A stretch of 64,000 bases of DNA from Rhodobiaceae bacterium. Its GTDB lineage: Bacteria; Pseudomonadota; Alphaproteobacteria; Rhizobiales; Aestuariivirgaceae. The stretch spans positions 23,100 to 87,099 of the forward strand of contig JANOVC010000026.1 of assembly GCA_031417195.1 (NCBI GenBank), in the 5' to 3' direction. The notes beneath the pieces were generated by a model. It made no database searches and was not told where the DNA came from. It was given only the letters and a program-made list of their open reading frames with translations. Made by a program: the position numbers and the translations under genes. Position 1 is the stretch's first letter. The number at the start of each line of letters is the position of its first letter. This document shows, piece after piece, positions 20,827-32,101 of the stretch.

Positions 20827-21948
20827 ATGATCACCCGGGGCCTGTGGCCGATTTTAATGGCCATATTGATCATGTTTGGCGTCAAAACATTGGCCCGCGC
20901 CGCGGGGCCGATCGAGACCAGCATTTTTGCCGTCCAAGGCGTTGATGTGGATGTGACCGACAAGGACGCAACCACCGCCAAAAATCTTGCGCTCCTGCAG
21001 GTGCAGATGAAGGCCATCGTGATGCTCGCAACCAAGCTCGGCAATCCGGAAATGAGCGCTGAGATTGCCAAGCTCGAAGACAAGGACGTGTTGCCCCTGC
21101 TCAAATCACTCTCCATCGAAGAGGAGAGCACTGGCCCAGGCCGCTATATCGGTAAATTCACCGTGCGTTTTCTGCCTACCAAGATCCGCACCCTGTTTGC
21201 CAAATACGGTGTGGACGTGGTGATCGTGCAACAAGCCAAGCCCATGTTGCTTCTGCCCCTGTGGAAAACGGCAGATGGGACAGTGCTCTGGGAAGACAAT
21301 TTGTGGCGAAAGGCCTGGCTTGATCTCCATCCCGAGCAATCGGCGGTGCCGCTGATCATTCCGATCGGAGATGCCGAAGACAAGGCATCGGTGACTGCGC
21401 AAGATGTGGTTGACAACAATCCGGTGAAACTGGAAGTGTTGCGCCGCCGCTATGCCTGCCAGGACATTCTCGTGGCCATCGGAGAAGCCGCGGAAGGCAA
21501 CGGCATCCACGCCGTCATGTCGGGAGATTCACAATTGGGGAAAATGAATTTCGACAAGATCTACACGGCGGATCCCGCCACGACGGAAACATCTGCGGCG
21601 CTGGCGGCAAGCCGCTTTCACAACGTGATGATTGAAAAATACAAGTCTGACCAGAACAAACTGGCAGCACAGGCGCAAGCCGCAAAGGACGAGCAGGCGG
21701 CCAATGCCTCGCATTCCATTCCGGTTTCTGTTCCTTTCACCAGCCCATCGGAATGGAACGGCATCCGCTCGCGCATTCTGTCCACACCGGGTGTTATCGG
21801 CGTTGACGTCTCAACACTTGCGGGCAACGGTGCGGTCGTGCGTCTGATGTATGTGGGCAATCTGGAAGCCACACAAAATTCAATGCAGGCAACGGGTCTT
21901 CAACTGTCGCAAATCGGGGGGAGCTGGGTCATTCAACCCACGTTCTAA
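20827..21948 (+). CDS. DUF2066-like exported protein
   Basis: Signal peptide-like N-terminus; divergent from purM at the head of the pgsA-like/AI-2E/hda operon, its usual position in alphaproteobacteria. Confidence 0.7.
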   Translation: MITRGLWPILMAILIMFGVKTLARAAGPIETSIFAVQGVDVDVTDKDATTAKNLALLQVQMKAIVMLATKLGNPEMSAEIAKLEDKDVLPLLKSLSIEEESTGPGRYIGKFTVRFLPTKIRTLFAKYGVDVVIVQQAKPMLLLPLWKTADGTVLWEDNLWRKAWLDLHPEQSAVPLIIPIGDAEDKASVTAQDVVDNNPVKLEVLRRRYACQDILVAIGEAAEGNGIHAVMSGDSQLGKMNFDKIYTADPATTETSAALAASRFHNVMIEKYKSDQNKLAAQAQAAKDEQAANASHSIPVSVPFTSPSEWNGIRSRILSTPGVIGVDVSTLAGNGAVVRLMYVGNLEATQNSMQATGLQLSQIGGSWVIQPTF

Positions 21949-21956
21949 AATCTCCC

Positions 21957-22508
21957 ATGAACATGCCCAATCTGATTACCATTGGACGCATCCTGTTGGT
22001 TCCCCTGACGGTGTGGCTCATAATTTCAGCTGAATTCTCACTCGCGTTCTTTGCTTTTGTCGCCGCAGGCATCAGCGATGGTGTGGATGGCTTCATTGCC
22101 CGCCGTTTTAACCAGCGCACGGAACTCGGTGCCTATCTCGATCCTATCGCTGACAAAGCCCTGCTGGTGTCCATCTATGTGTCCCTTGGCCTGCTTAAAT
22201 TTCTGCCGGCATGGCTGGTGATCCTCGTTGTGACCCGCGATGTGCTGATCGTGGGCGCATTTATCCTGTCGTGGGTTGTTGGCAAACCTCTTGTTGTCGC
22301 GCCGTCAATTGCCAGCAAGTTCAACACGGCAGGACAGATCATTCTGGCGGGTGTGGTCCTTGGCTTTCTCGGGCTGAAGATGAATCTTCTGCCCGTGCTG
22401 AATGTTGGTTTCATTGCAGTTGCGATTTTGACCTTCGGGTCCGGTGCCCTATATATGAAGGCATGGCTACGGCACATGGCCAATGGCACACAGGGTGGCA
22501 AGACATGA
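21957..22508 (+). CDS. CDP-alcohol phosphatidyltransferase (PgsA-like)
   Basis: NMPNLITIGR; DGVDGFIARR...LGAYLDPIADK signature. Confidence 0.95.
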   Translation: MNMPNLITIGRILLVPLTVWLIISAEFSLAFFAFVAAGISDGVDGFIARRFNQRTELGAYLDPIADKALLVSIYVSLGLLKFLPAWLVILVVTRDVLIVGAFILSWVVGKPLVVAPSIASKFNTAGQIILAGVVLGFLGLKMNLLPVLNVGFIAVAILTFGSGALYMKAWLRHMANGTQGGKT

Positions 22509-23611
22509 CACTGCAAAAACAGGTAACATTCTGGATCGTCGCTTTTGTGTTGCTGATCCTTGTGCTGTGGTTGCTCAGCCCGATTTTGCTGCCCTTTATT
22601 GCCGGGCTGATTTTGGCCTATTTCCTTGATCCTGTGGCTGACGCGCTTGAACGGTTGGGGCTGCCGCGCATATTGGCAACACTCGCCATTCTTGTGGTCA
22701 GCATTCTCTCGCTGGTTTTGATTGGCCTGCTGATCGTTCCGATTTTGGGCGACCAGATTGTAAAATTTGCCGGTGACCTGCCGCACTTGCTGCAATCACT
22801 GCTGGCGCGGTTTAACGAAGTGGCACCTGTCTGGGTGAAGGATACCATCGCAAAATCCGGAACCGATATCCAAGGTTCTGTCTCCGATATTGCCGGAAAG
22901 GCCGCCGTCTGGATTGCCGCTTTGCTGGCCTCAATTTGGTCGGGCGGATTGGCTCTGGTCAATGTCCTCTCTTTGCTCGTCGTGACGCCGATTGTTGCAT
23001 TCTATCTTTTGGCTGACTGGGATCACATCGTAGCCAAGGTGGATGGTTGGTTGCCGCGTGACCACACATCTGCCATTCGCACCATTGCCTCGGATATTGA
23101 CAAGACGCTTGCGGGCTTCATACGCGGGCAGGGAACCGTATGTTTATTGCTGGGGATATTCTATGCCGTGGCACTTTCGTTCGCTGGATTGAAGTTTGGG
23201 CTTGTTATCGGCCTGGTCGCGGGATTGCTGAGTTTCATTCCGTTTGTAGGCGCACTGGTTGGCGGTGTGACCGCAATTGGCGTGGGGCTCGTACAGTTTT
23301 GGCCAGACTATGCGAGCATTCTTACAGTTGCCGGAATTTTTGCTTTTGGGCAATTTCTGGAAGGTAATTTCCTGTCTCCCAAACTTGTTGGCGGAAGTAT
23401 CGGCCTGCATCCGGTTTGGCTGATGTTTGCGCTATTTGCGTTTGGTTACCTCTTTGGTTTTGTAGGGTTGTTGCTTGCAGTTCCCATGGCGGCGGCGGCA
23501 GGCGTGTTGGTACGTTTTGCCCTCAATCAATATTTAGGCAGCAAGCTTTATGGCGGAATTCCCCGTGACATTCCCGTTCCGACGCCAGTTCGGACTGCCC
23601 GCAAGAAATGA
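22505..23611 (+). CDS. AI-2E family transporter (PerM-like)
   Basis: Multi-TM; GFIRGQ, FIPFVG, LEGNFLSPKLVG..GLHPVW; ATGA overlap with the upstream gene. Confidence 0.93.
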   Translation: MTLQKQVTFWIVAFVLLILVLWLLSPILLPFIAGLILAYFLDPVADALERLGLPRILATLAILVVSILSLVLIGLLIVPILGDQIVKFAGDLPHLLQSLLARFNEVAPVWVKDTIAKSGTDIQGSVSDIAGKAAVWIAALLASIWSGGLALVNVLSLLVVTPIVAFYLLADWDHIVAKVDGWLPRDHTSAIRTIASDIDKTLAGFIRGQGTVCLLLGIFYAVALSFAGLKFGLVIGLVAGLLSFIPFVGALVGGVTAIGVGLVQFWPDYASILTVAGIFAFGQFLEGNFLSPKLVGGSIGLHPVWLMFALFAFGYLFGFVGLLLAVPMAAAAGVLVRFALNQYLGSKLYGGIPRDIPVPTPVRTARKK

Positions 23612-24306
23612 CGGGACGTGGCCATCAACTGGTTCTTGATTTGCCACACCGTCAAGCCTTGGGCCGCGATGACTTTCTTGTGGAATCGTCAAACGCAGCG
23701 GCTGTTGCACTTATTGATACCTGGCCCAATTGGCCCTCCAATGTGGCGCTGCTGGTTGGTCCGGCGGGAAGCGGCAAAACCCACTTGGTTGAAGTCTGGC
23801 GACAACGTTCACATGCGGCGCGCATAGAAGCATCGGCCCTCACTGTTGAAAATGCGCCTGCCTTGCTTGCAACCGGGGCTTTGGCCGTTGAGGATGTGGT
23901 CACACCTTTCGATGAGCGCGCATTGTTTCATTTGCTCAATCTTGCAAAACAGCAGAACAACAGCTTGCTTCTCACCTCGCAAACACGCCCTGACACGTGG
24001 AAAATTGCCATTCCTGATTTACTTTCAAGGCTACGGGCGGTTCCCGTGCTGGAAATATTGTCGCCAAACGACGCGCTCCTGAGAGGGGTTTTGGTGAAGC
24101 TGTTTTTTGACCGTCAAATTACTGCGGACGAGTCAACAATCAGTTTTATGCTCGTTCGCATGCCAAGGTCATTGGGTACCGCGCGCAATTTGGTTGCCGA
24201 GATTGATCGCCGTGCCTTAGAAGAACGTGCAGAGGTTACGCGGCCATTTGTGGCCAAGGTATTGGCAGATTTTTCCGCGCCTGAGCTTTTTGAGGATATG
24301 GATTAG
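23608..24306 (+). CDS. hda: DnaA regulatory inactivator Hda/HdaA
   Basis: N-terminal QLVLDL clamp-binding motif, Walker A GPAGSGKTHL, PDLLSRL. Confidence 0.88.
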   Translation: MTGRGHQLVLDLPHRQALGRDDFLVESSNAAAVALIDTWPNWPSNVALLVGPAGSGKTHLVEVWRQRSHAARIEASALTVENAPALLATGALAVEDVVTPFDERALFHLLNLAKQQNNSLLLTSQTRPDTWKIAIPDLLSRLRAVPVLEILSPNDALLRGVLVKLFFDRQITADESTISFMLVRMPRSLGTARNLVAEIDRRALEERAEVTRPFVAKVLADFSAPELFEDMD

Positions 24307-24378
24307 GCCATCCCGTTCTTGACCTTCACGATTTCGTCATATGTGCTTATTATCGCTTGTAGTCCAAAGGAATGCCAT

Positions 24379-26547
24379 ATGAACGACATGCCGACAGCAG
24401 GTTCCATAGCAGCAATTGCCAACGATGATCCACAGCGGTTTTTTAACCGTGAGCTCTCTTGGCTGGGCTTCAACATGAGGGTGCTTGAAGAAGCGCGAAA
24501 CCAGAGCCATCCTTTGTTGGAGCGTCTTCGGTTTCTTTCGATTTCCGGGAACAATCTGGATGAATTCTTCATGGTTCGGGTTGCAGGACTGGTTGGCCAG
24601 GTGCGCGAGCACGTTGTTGAGATCAGTGATGATGGATTGACACCTTCGGAGCAGCTCGAAAAAATCCGAAAAATGGCGCAGGAGTTGATGGCGGAGCAAG
24701 ACAGGCGCTGGCTTCAGCTTAAAATTGAATTGGCCCAAAACGGTATCGACATGGTGGAAGAGGGCCAACTCACCAAAGATGACCATAAATGGCTGGATAA
24801 CCGTTTTCTTGAATACATTCTTCCTATCGTCACGCCCATTGCGATTGATCCCGCCCATCCTTTTCCATTCATTTTGAACCGTGGGTTCATTATAGCGCTG
24901 GAACTGAAACGCCGCACGGATGGTGGTATCATGAACGCCATTCTTCCCATTCCTCCCCAACTCGAACGGTTTATCCGTTTGCCTGGCATCAATGCGCGTT
25001 TCATCTCATTTGAAAACATGCTGGGTGTTTTTCTGCCAAAGCTGTTTCCTGGCTATGATGTTCTTGGACAAGGGTTGTTTCGCATTATTCGTGACAGCGA
25101 TCTTGAAATTGAAGAAGAGGCTGAAGACCTTGTGCGCGTATTCGAAAGTGCACTTAAACGACGCCGCCGGGGAACGGTTATCCGCATGGAGGTGGATGCT
25201 GACTGCCCCTCCGGCATTCGCAATTTCATTGCCGACCAGTTGGACTTCAGCGATGACGTCACGGTGACATGTGAAGGTCTTGTTGGCTATGCCGATACCA
25301 AGCAGCTTATTCTAGATGAGCGACCCGACTTGAAGTTTACGCCCTACGTGGCACGGTTTCCCGAACGGGTGCGCGATCATGGTGGTGATTGCTTTGCTGC
25401 CATCCGGCAAAAGGATTTTGTTGTCCATCACCCCTATGAGTCATTTGACGTTGTCGTGCAGTTTGTTTTGCAGGCAGCAAGTGATCCGAATGTCGTTGCG
25501 ATAAAACAAACCCTATATCGCACTTCGAGCAACTCGCCGATTGTCGCAGCGCTTGCAAAAGCCGCAGAAGCCGGCAAATCCGTGATGGCACTGATCGAGC
25601 TGAAGGCGCGTTTTGACGAAGAGGCCAATATCCAGTGGGCACGTGATTTGGAGCGGGCCGGTGTGCAGGTGGTTTTTGGGTTCATCGAACTTAAAACCCA
25701 TGCGAAAGTTTCCATGGTGGTGCGCCGCGAAGCTGGCGGCATGCGCAGCTATGTGCATTATGGCACTGGAAATTATCATCCGATTACCGCCAAGATCTAC
25801 ACGGACCTCTCCTTTTTCACCAGTGATCCTGCGTTGTGCAGGGATGCAGCCCGGCTTTTCAATTTCATTTCAGGCTATGCCCAGCCGGAAGACTTGGAAA
25901 AACTTTCGCTGTCTCCCATCAATCTAAAGCCACGTCTGCTGAAGCATATTGACGATGAAATTGCCCATGCAAAAGCGGGCAGACCTGCTCAGATTTGGGG
26001 CAAGTTCAACTCGCTGGTTGATCCCGGCATTATTGATGCGCTCTACAAGGCAAGCCAAGCGGGCGTGCAGATCGATTTTGTAGTGCGTGGCATTTGCTGC
26101 CTGCGTCCTGGCGTTCCCGGCCTTTCTGACAATATTCGTGTAAAAAGCATTGTCGGGCGCTTCCTTGAGCACTCGCGCATCATCTGTTTTGGTGCGGGCC
26201 ATGGTTTGCCACATGCGAAGGCTTTGGTTTACATTGGCTCAGCTGACCTCATGCAGCGTAACCTGCATCGCCGCGTGGAAACACTGATTCCAATCGAAAA
26301 CCCGACGGTGCATGAGCAAATCCAGGACCAGATCATGGTTGTAAACTTCAAGGACAATCAACAAAGCTGGAATATTTTGCCTGATGGGTCTGCTATCCGC
26401 GTGGTGCCACCTGCAAATGAGGCCCCTTTCAATGCCCACGATTATTTCATGAATAACCCGTCGCTGTCTGGACGTGGACGCTCACTCAAAGCTAGTGTAT
26501 CTGGCGGTGTCAGTGTGTTGAAAAGAAAGTCCAAGGTTCGCAAGTGA
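24379..26547 (+). CDS. ppk1: Polyphosphate kinase 1
   Basis: [68 protein letters not shown]. Confidence 0.98.
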   Translation: MNDMPTAGSIAAIANDDPQRFFNRELSWLGFNMRVLEEARNQSHPLLERLRFLSISGNNLDEFFMVRVAGLVGQVREHVVEISDDGLTPSEQLEKIRKMAQELMAEQDRRWLQLKIELAQNGIDMVEEGQLTKDDHKWLDNRFLEYILPIVTPIAIDPAHPFPFILNRGFIIALELKRRTDGGIMNAILPIPPQLERFIRLPGINARFISFENMLGVFLPKLFPGYDVLGQGLFRIIRDSDLEIEEEAEDLVRVFESALKRRRRGTVIRMEVDADCPSGIRNFIADQLDFSDDVTVTCEGLVGYADTKQLILDERPDLKFTPYVARFPERVRDHGGDCFAAIRQKDFVVHHPYESFDVVVQFVLQAASDPNVVAIKQTLYRTSSNSPIVAALAKAAEAGKSVMALIELKARFDEEANIQWARDLERAGVQVVFGFIELKTHAKVSMVVRREAGGMRSYVHYGTGNYHPITAKIYTDLSFFTSDPALCRDAARLFNFISGYAQPEDLEKLSLSPINLKPRLLKHIDDEIAHAKAGRPAQIWGKFNSLVDPGIIDALYKASQAGVQIDFVVRGICCLRPGVPGLSDNIRVKSIVGRFLEHSRIICFGAGHGLPHAKALVYIGSADLMQRNLHRRVETLIPIENPTVHEQIQDQIMVVNFKDNQQSWNILPDGSAIRVVPPANEAPFNAHDYFMNNPSLSGRGRSLKASVSGGVSVLKRKSKVRK

Positions 26548-28052
26548 GTTGGCATAAAGGCTTTAGAACAGAACCACCGACGTACCGTCCAGTGGCGGTT
26601 GTTGACATCGGTTCAAACTCGGTGCGGCTTGTGGTTTATGATGGCTTGCGCCGGTCACCTTCGCCAGTGTTCAATGAAAAAATTCTATGCGGTCTTGGCA
26701 AGGGGGTTGCCATCACTGGCAGATTGGCTGATGGCGGCATTGCCAGAGCACTCTCTGCACTGCGAAGATTTCGGGCATTGGCAAAACAAATCGGCGTTAA
26801 GCAGGTTTTTGCAGTGGCCACTGCCGCAGCGCGTGAAGCCTCCAATGGCCCTGATTTTATCGAAAAGGCTGAAGAAGCAGTGGGTGTTGGAATTAATATC
26901 CTCACTGGCAAAGAGGAAGCGCGCTTTGCCGCTCTCGGTGTTATCGCCGGCATTCCTGAAGCGGATGGAATTGTCGGTGATCTTGGCGGCGGCTCATTGG
27001 AACTTATCGATGTTCTTGACGGCAAGTTGCGTGATGGCATTACACTGCCAATCGGACCTTTGCGTCTGATCGACATGTCCGGCGGTTCCATTGCGCGGGC
27101 GAAGGAAATTGTTGATGAGTATCTCGATAAAACCCATATTCTGGAAAACCTGACTGACCGTACGTTTTATGCGGTGGGTGGCACGTGGCGAAATCTCGCT
27201 CGGCTTCATATGGCGCAAAACAAATATCCACTCCATGTCCTGCATCATTACGCAATGACGCGGGTGCAAGCTGCGGGTGTAGCTGACCTCGTGTCCGGAC
27301 TTTCATCATCATCGCTGAAGGATGTACGCGAAGTATCACGCAGCCGTTCTGATACCTTGCCCTATGGTGCGCTCGTTCTTGAACGCCTGTTGGCCAAGAG
27401 CAAAGCGACAAATGTTGTGGCATCTGTTTATGGCGTGCGTGAAGGGCTGCTGTATTCAAAGCTGCCGCGCAAGAAGATGGAATCAGATGCGCTACTTGCC
27501 TCCTGTTGGGATTTCGCGCGGCGCTACGCACGTTCACCACAGCATGAGTTGGAGCTGTGTGACTGGACTGACCAGCTGTTTGGTGAAGCTGGCATTCAGG
27601 AAACCGAAGTTGAAAGGCGACTGCGGTATGCGGCTTGCCTGCTTGCTGACATCGGCTGGCGTGCTCACCCGGATTACCGCGCTGAACGGTCACTTGGCAT
27701 GATTTCACAGGCGGCATTCGTGGGTATCGATCATCCAGGACGCGTGTTTTTAGCACTCACCATTTTTTACCGCTACGAAGGTGAGGATATGGGAGACGGA
27801 CTTGTGCATTTACTTGATGATGACCAGACATCCCGCGCCCATCTTCTGAGTTCGATTTTCCGGTTGGCCTATATCCTGTCTGCTGCAATGCCCGGCATGT
27901 TGCCGCGTATTGGCCTCAAATTGGCGGAAGGAAAGGTTCTTCAGCTTGTCATGCCCAAAAAGCTAAAGGATTTGATGGGAGAGCGGGTTGAAAAGCGCCT
28001 GGCAGGTCTTGCTGCTGAAATGGGCCGGGTTGCTAAGGTTGTGATTGCGTAA
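26544..28052 (+). CDS. ppx: Exopolyphosphatase (Ppx/GppA family)
   Basis: [36 protein letters not shown]. Confidence 0.96.
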   Translation: MSWHKGFRTEPPTYRPVAVVDIGSNSVRLVVYDGLRRSPSPVFNEKILCGLGKGVAITGRLADGGIARALSALRRFRALAKQIGVKQVFAVATAAAREASNGPDFIEKAEEAVGVGINILTGKEEARFAALGVIAGIPEADGIVGDLGGGSLELIDVLDGKLRDGITLPIGPLRLIDMSGGSIARAKEIVDEYLDKTHILENLTDRTFYAVGGTWRNLARLHMAQNKYPLHVLHHYAMTRVQAAGVADLVSGLSSSSLKDVREVSRSRSDTLPYGALVLERLLAKSKATNVVASVYGVREGLLYSKLPRKKMESDALLASCWDFARRYARSPQHELELCDWTDQLFGEAGIQETEVERRLRYAACLLADIGWRAHPDYRAERSLGMISQAAFVGIDHPGRVFLALTIFYRYEGEDMGDGLVHLLDDDQTSRAHLLSSIFRLAYILSAAMPGMLPRIGLKLAEGKVLQLVMPKKLKDLMGERVEKRLAGLAAEMGRVAKVVIA

Positions 28053-29190
28053 TTACAATTTTCCCATCGCGAAAACCAATCATCGCTTTCCCGCGCTTTA
28101 TGTCCAGTGCCAGATTGCCAAAAACTTCGCGCCGCCAGCCATGCATCAGTGGAACATCGGCCTCATCACTTTCGGCAACGGACTCGATGTCTGATGTATT
28201 GGCAACCAGCTTGGGTGCCAGGTTTTCACGCTCGCAAACGACTTTTAAGGCAAGCTTCAGGATTTCTGCGGCAGCTTGGGTGGATTCGGATGTTTCATCA
28301 CGGCCCCAATTTGCGTTGGGCAGTGTTGCAGGGTCTCTCGCAAGACCGTCTTTCACCGCTTTTATCAAGCCATCGCCAAGGCGCGAATTGTTCATGCCGC
28401 GGGGCATGGCGCGGAGTTGGCCAAGTGCTTCCTTGGTTTGCGGCATCTGTGTTGCAATTTCGACAACCGCATCATCCTTGATCACGCGCGAGCGCGGCAC
28501 ATTCTTTTCTTGTGCCTCGGTTTCCCGCCAACCCGCAACGGCGACAAGAACGGCCAACTGCTTTTTGGATTTGAGGCGTACTTTGACACGCTTCCACGCG
28601 TCATCGGGTTCTGTGCGATAGGTTTCGATGGCAGTGAGAATATCCATTTCTTGAGCAAGCCAAGGTTCGCGACCCGTTACATCCAATTCCTTCTTCAGCC
28701 CCTCATATACTGTGCGGAGATGTGTCACATCTGACAGGGCATAGGTGAGTTGCTTCTCCGTAAGTGGTCGGCGCGACCAATCGGTGAAACGGGATGATTT
28801 GTCGATTTGAACCTTGGCCAATTTGCGGACAATGGCTTCATAGCTCACCTGATCACCAAATCCGCACACCATGGCAGCGATCTGCGTGTCAAAAATGGGG
28901 TGAGGGACAGTGCCTGCGAGATGAACCATTATTTCCACGTCCTGGCGGGCAGCGTGGAACACTTTCAGGATGTTCTTGTTGTCCATTAGCGCGAAGAAAG
29001 ACTTGAGGTTGATGCCCTCAGCCATTGGATCAATCAGGCCATTTGTCTCTTCACCAGCGATTTGTATGAGGCACAAATCCGGCCAATAGGTGGTTTCGCG
29101 CATGAACTCCGTATCGACGGTAATATATGAATCGTTGGCAAGCTGGGCGCAGAGCGCGTCCAGTGATTTTGTATCTGTAATCAGGTCCAT
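28033..29190 (-). CDS. rnd: Ribonuclease D
   Basis: ITVDTEFMRE, KVFHAARQD, FDTQIAA, DWSRRPL, YALSDV and HRDC domain. Confidence 0.96.
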   Translation of the reverse strand: MDLITDTKSLDALCAQLANDSYITVDTEFMRETTYWPDLCLIQIAGEETNGLIDPMAEGINLKSFFALMDNKNILKVFHAARQDVEIMVHLAGTVPHPIFDTQIAAMVCGFGDQVSYEAIVRKLAKVQIDKSSRFTDWSRRPLTEKQLTYALSDVTHLRTVYEGLKKELDVTGREPWLAQEMDILTAIETYRTEPDDAWKRVKVRLKSKKQLAVLVAVAGWRETEAQEKNVPRSRVIKDDAVVEIATQMPQTKEALGQLRAMPRGMNNSRLGDGLIKAVKDGLARDPATLPNANWGRDETSESTQAAAEILKLALKVVCERENLAPKLVANTSDIESVAESDEADVPLMHGWRREVFGNLALDIKRGKAMIGFRDGKIVITQSQP

Positions 29191-29305
29191 GGGCAATACC
29201 ACGCCAGAGTCGAAGGTCGCGGTCAACAAAAAGGCTGGTATTTTCAAAATATATATTTTTATCTCTTAAAATCAATTTCTTATGTTGATTTAATGAGATG
29301 TTGAA

Positions 29306-30604
29306 TCAGAATACGCGTTTGAAGATCGTCTCCACATGTTTCGTGTGATAGCCAAGGTCAAACAGGGCTTTCAACTCATCTGCCGTTAAATGTGCAGAAA
29401 CTTCCTCGTCTACCATGAGCAAATCGAGGAAATTTCCTTCGCCGCGCCAGACAGGCATGGCGTTGCGTTGAACTGCCGAATAGGAATCTTCGCGGCTCAT
29501 GCCTTTTTGGGTGAGGGCCAGGAGAATTCGCTGGGAATGGATAAGGCCGCCGAGGCGGTCCAGGTTGCGTTTCATGTTTTCGGGGTAAACCAGCAGCTTA
29601 TCCATGACACCGGTGAGGCGCTTCAAGGCAAAATCCAGATGTACGGTGGCATCCGGCCCGATACCACGCTCAACCGATGAATGTGAAATATCACGTTCGT
29701 GCCAAAGGGCAACATTTTCAAGCGCGGGAACGGCCGCAGAGCGCACAAGGCGTGCGAGACCCGTCAGGTTTTCTGTCAGTACGGGATTGCGCTTGTGTGG
29801 CATGGCGGACGACCCCTTTTGACCGGAGGAGAAGAACTCCTCAACCTCTAAAACTTCGGTGCGCTGCAAATGACGGATTTCGATGGAGAGTCGCTCAATG
29901 GAGCTGGCAACAACTGCCAAAACAGAGAAATACATCGCGTGACGGTCACGCGGTATAACCTGGGTGGAAACAGGCTCCGGCGACAGGCCAAGCTTTGCTG
30001 CAACGTATTCTTCGACACTGGGATCAATATTGGCATAGGTTCCAACAGCACCTGAAATGGCACAGGTTGAGACCTCTTCCTTTGCCGCCACAAGCCGTGC
30101 GCGGCAGCGGGTAAATTCTGCATAGGCATAGGCCAGTTTCACGCCGAATGTGGTGGGTTCTGCATGAATGCCGTGGCTGCGGCCAATGCAGACGGTATTC
30201 TTATGTTCAAACGCGCGGCGCTTGAGAGTGGCCAGAAGACCGTCAAGGTCAGAGATCAGGATATCAGCCGCGCGGACGAGCTGGATGTTGAAACAGGTGT
30301 CAAGTATATCTGACGATGTCATGCCCTGGTGAACGAACCGGGCTTCTGGACCAACAATTTCCGAGAGGTGGGTGAGAAAGGCGATAACGTCGTGCCTGGT
30401 TTCAGATTCGATTGCGTCGATACGGGCCACATCGAAAACCGCATTTCCACCTTTTTCCCAAATCTTTGCGGCGGCTTCCCTAGGTACAATGCCGAGGCCT
30501 GCCATGGCATCCGCCGCATGCGCTTCAATCTCAAACCAGATTTTGAACCGGGTTTGAGGTTCCCAAATCTGGGTCATCTCGGGGCGTGAATAGCGCGGGA
30601 TCAT
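29306..30604 (-). CDS. purB: Adenylosuccinate lyase
   Basis: MIPRYSRPEM, GRSHGIHAEPTTFG, GSSAMPHKRNP, RDISHSSVER. Confidence 0.98.
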   Translation of the reverse strand: MIPRYSRPEMTQIWEPQTRFKIWFEIEAHAADAMAGLGIVPREAAAKIWEKGGNAVFDVARIDAIESETRHDVIAFLTHLSEIVGPEARFVHQGMTSSDILDTCFNIQLVRAADILISDLDGLLATLKRRAFEHKNTVCIGRSHGIHAEPTTFGVKLAYAYAEFTRCRARLVAAKEEVSTCAISGAVGTYANIDPSVEEYVAAKLGLSPEPVSTQVIPRDRHAMYFSVLAVVASSIERLSIEIRHLQRTEVLEVEEFFSSGQKGSSAMPHKRNPVLTENLTGLARLVRSAAVPALENVALWHERDISHSSVERGIGPDATVHLDFALKRLTGVMDKLLVYPENMKRNLDRLGGLIHSQRILLALTQKGMSREDSYSAVQRNAMPVWRGEGNFLDLLMVDEEVSAHLTADELKALFDLGYHTKHVETIFKRVF

Positions 30605-30656
30605 GAATTACCTCTTGTGGGGAGGTCTGTAACAAATACTGGAGGCGGGTGCTACC

Positions 30657-30893
30657 CTAGAACGCCCTGAACGTGATAATCGTTGTGGTATCCTTGATAC
30701 CGGGGATAATCTGCAATTTTTCCGAAATGAAGCGGCCTGTGTCTTCTTCATCTTCCAGATAGAATTTTACCATGAGGTCATAGTTGCCAGCGGTGGAATA
30801 AATTTCTGAGGCGATCTCGGCATCGGCAATTGCGGTTGCCACCGGATAGGATTTTCCAAGCTCGCATTTGATTTGGACGAAAACTGCTTTCAT
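30657..30893 (-). CDS. Lrp/AsnC ligand-binding-domain-only protein
   Basis: 78 aa, EIYSTAGNYDLMVK...IPGIKDTTT; no HTH. Confidence 0.85.
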   Translation of the reverse strand: MKAVFVQIKCELGKSYPVATAIADAEIASEIYSTAGNYDLMVKFYLEDEEDTGRFISEKLQIIPGIKDTTTIITFRAF

Positions 30894-30906
30894 AGACGAC
30901 TCGTTT

Positions 30907-32010
30907 CTAGGGAAATGGTTGAACCTCAACATACTTGCCCGCTGACCATTTATACCATGCGAACTGTGGATTTTTAACGTCGCCTTTATCATCAAGAGAC
31001 AGCGGGCCAAGTACGGTGTTAAGCGTGTTTCCGGCGCGCAACCACTGGCTTAGTGTTTTCCCATCCAAGCTTTTGGTGGCAGCACTTGCCTGAGCGAAGG
31101 TTTGCACTGCGGCATAGGCATGAAGCGTATAACCTTCGGGCGTGTAGGCAGCGGCCTGCAACTTCGCGACGACTGCCGTTGCTGACGCAAGTTTCTGTGC
31201 ATCTGCGGCGAAAGTTACCAGTGTACCTTCGCCAGTTGTTCCTGCGGTTTTCCAGAACTGCTCGGTTAAAATGCCATCGGCGCCAACCAGGACTGCGTTC
31301 GATGCAAGTTCTCGCATTTGACGTATTATTGTGCCTGCCTCACCGGCAAAACCACCGATGTAAACAACATCCACATTTGCCGTCAGAAGTTTTTGTACGA
31401 GGTCATTGTAATCGTTCAGGCCAGGTTTGAATGTTTCCCGCACGGTTTCCGTAATGCCACCCTGATTGAGCGTCGCCTTAAACATGTTTGCAAGCCCGGT
31501 ACCTGCAACGGAGCCATCGTCAATAATGCCGATGCTTTTTCCTGCATAGGCGCGTGCAATTGCGCGACCAGCAAATGCACCCTGCGCATCGTCTCGACCA
31601 CATATGCGGAGGACATTCCACCCGCCTTCATCCGTAAATTTGGGGTTGGTGGAGGAGGGGCTGATCATGACAATACCCGCTGCCTCATAAATTTTGGCGA
31701 CCGCGATGGATGAGCCCGAACAATAGTGACCCGCCACCAGCTTCACACCTTTGGCGACAAGTTGGTTGGCTATCTCAATGGCTTGCTTTGGATCGCAGTT
31801 ATCATCTTCCGCATCAAGAACAAGCTGTTCGCCGTTGACACCGCCTGTTGCATTGATATCGATGACAGCTTCCAGCGCACCTCTGCGGAGCTGTTCGCCA
31901 AGGGCCGCATACTGGCCTTTCAAGGGGCCAACAGTGGCAATAAGGATTTCAGCGTTGGCCGATACGCTAAAAAATACCAGGCCAAAAAACAATTTCAGAA
32001 GATACCTCAT
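30907..32010 (-). CDS. Branched-chain amino acid ABC substrate-binding protein (LivK/LivJ paralog)
   Basis: Signal peptide; DDNCDPKQA, VAGHYCSGSS, SPSSTNP, RICGRDDAQG. Confidence 0.93.
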   Translation of the reverse strand: MRYLLKLFFGLVFFSVSANAEILIATVGPLKGQYAALGEQLRRGALEAVIDINATGGVNGEQLVLDAEDDNCDPKQAIEIANQLVAKGVKLVAGHYCSGSSIAVAKIYEAAGIVMISPSSTNPKFTDEGGWNVLRICGRDDAQGAFAGRAIARAYAGKSIGIIDDGSVAGTGLANMFKATLNQGGITETVRETFKPGLNDYNDLVQKLLTANVDVVYIGGFAGEAGTIIRQMRELASNAVLVGADGILTEQFWKTAGTTGEGTLVTFAADAQKLASATAVVAKLQAAAYTPEGYTLHAYAAVQTFAQASAATKSLDGKTLSQWLRAGNTLNTVLGPLSLDDKGDVKNPQFAWYKWSAGKYVEVQPFP

Positions 32011-32050
32011 GATGTTTTGGAGTATCGCCACAACTTGGGTAATCCGCAAT

Positions 32051-32083
32051 AAAAAAACCGCGTGAATTTCTCCACGCGGCTTT
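32051..32083 (-). terminator. Rho-independent terminator after the upstream livK-like gene
   Basis: Stem CCGCGTG/CACGCGG followed on the minus strand by a 7-nt T run. Confidence 0.8.
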
Positions 32084-32101
32084 GCCTAGATTGCTTTAAG
32101 C

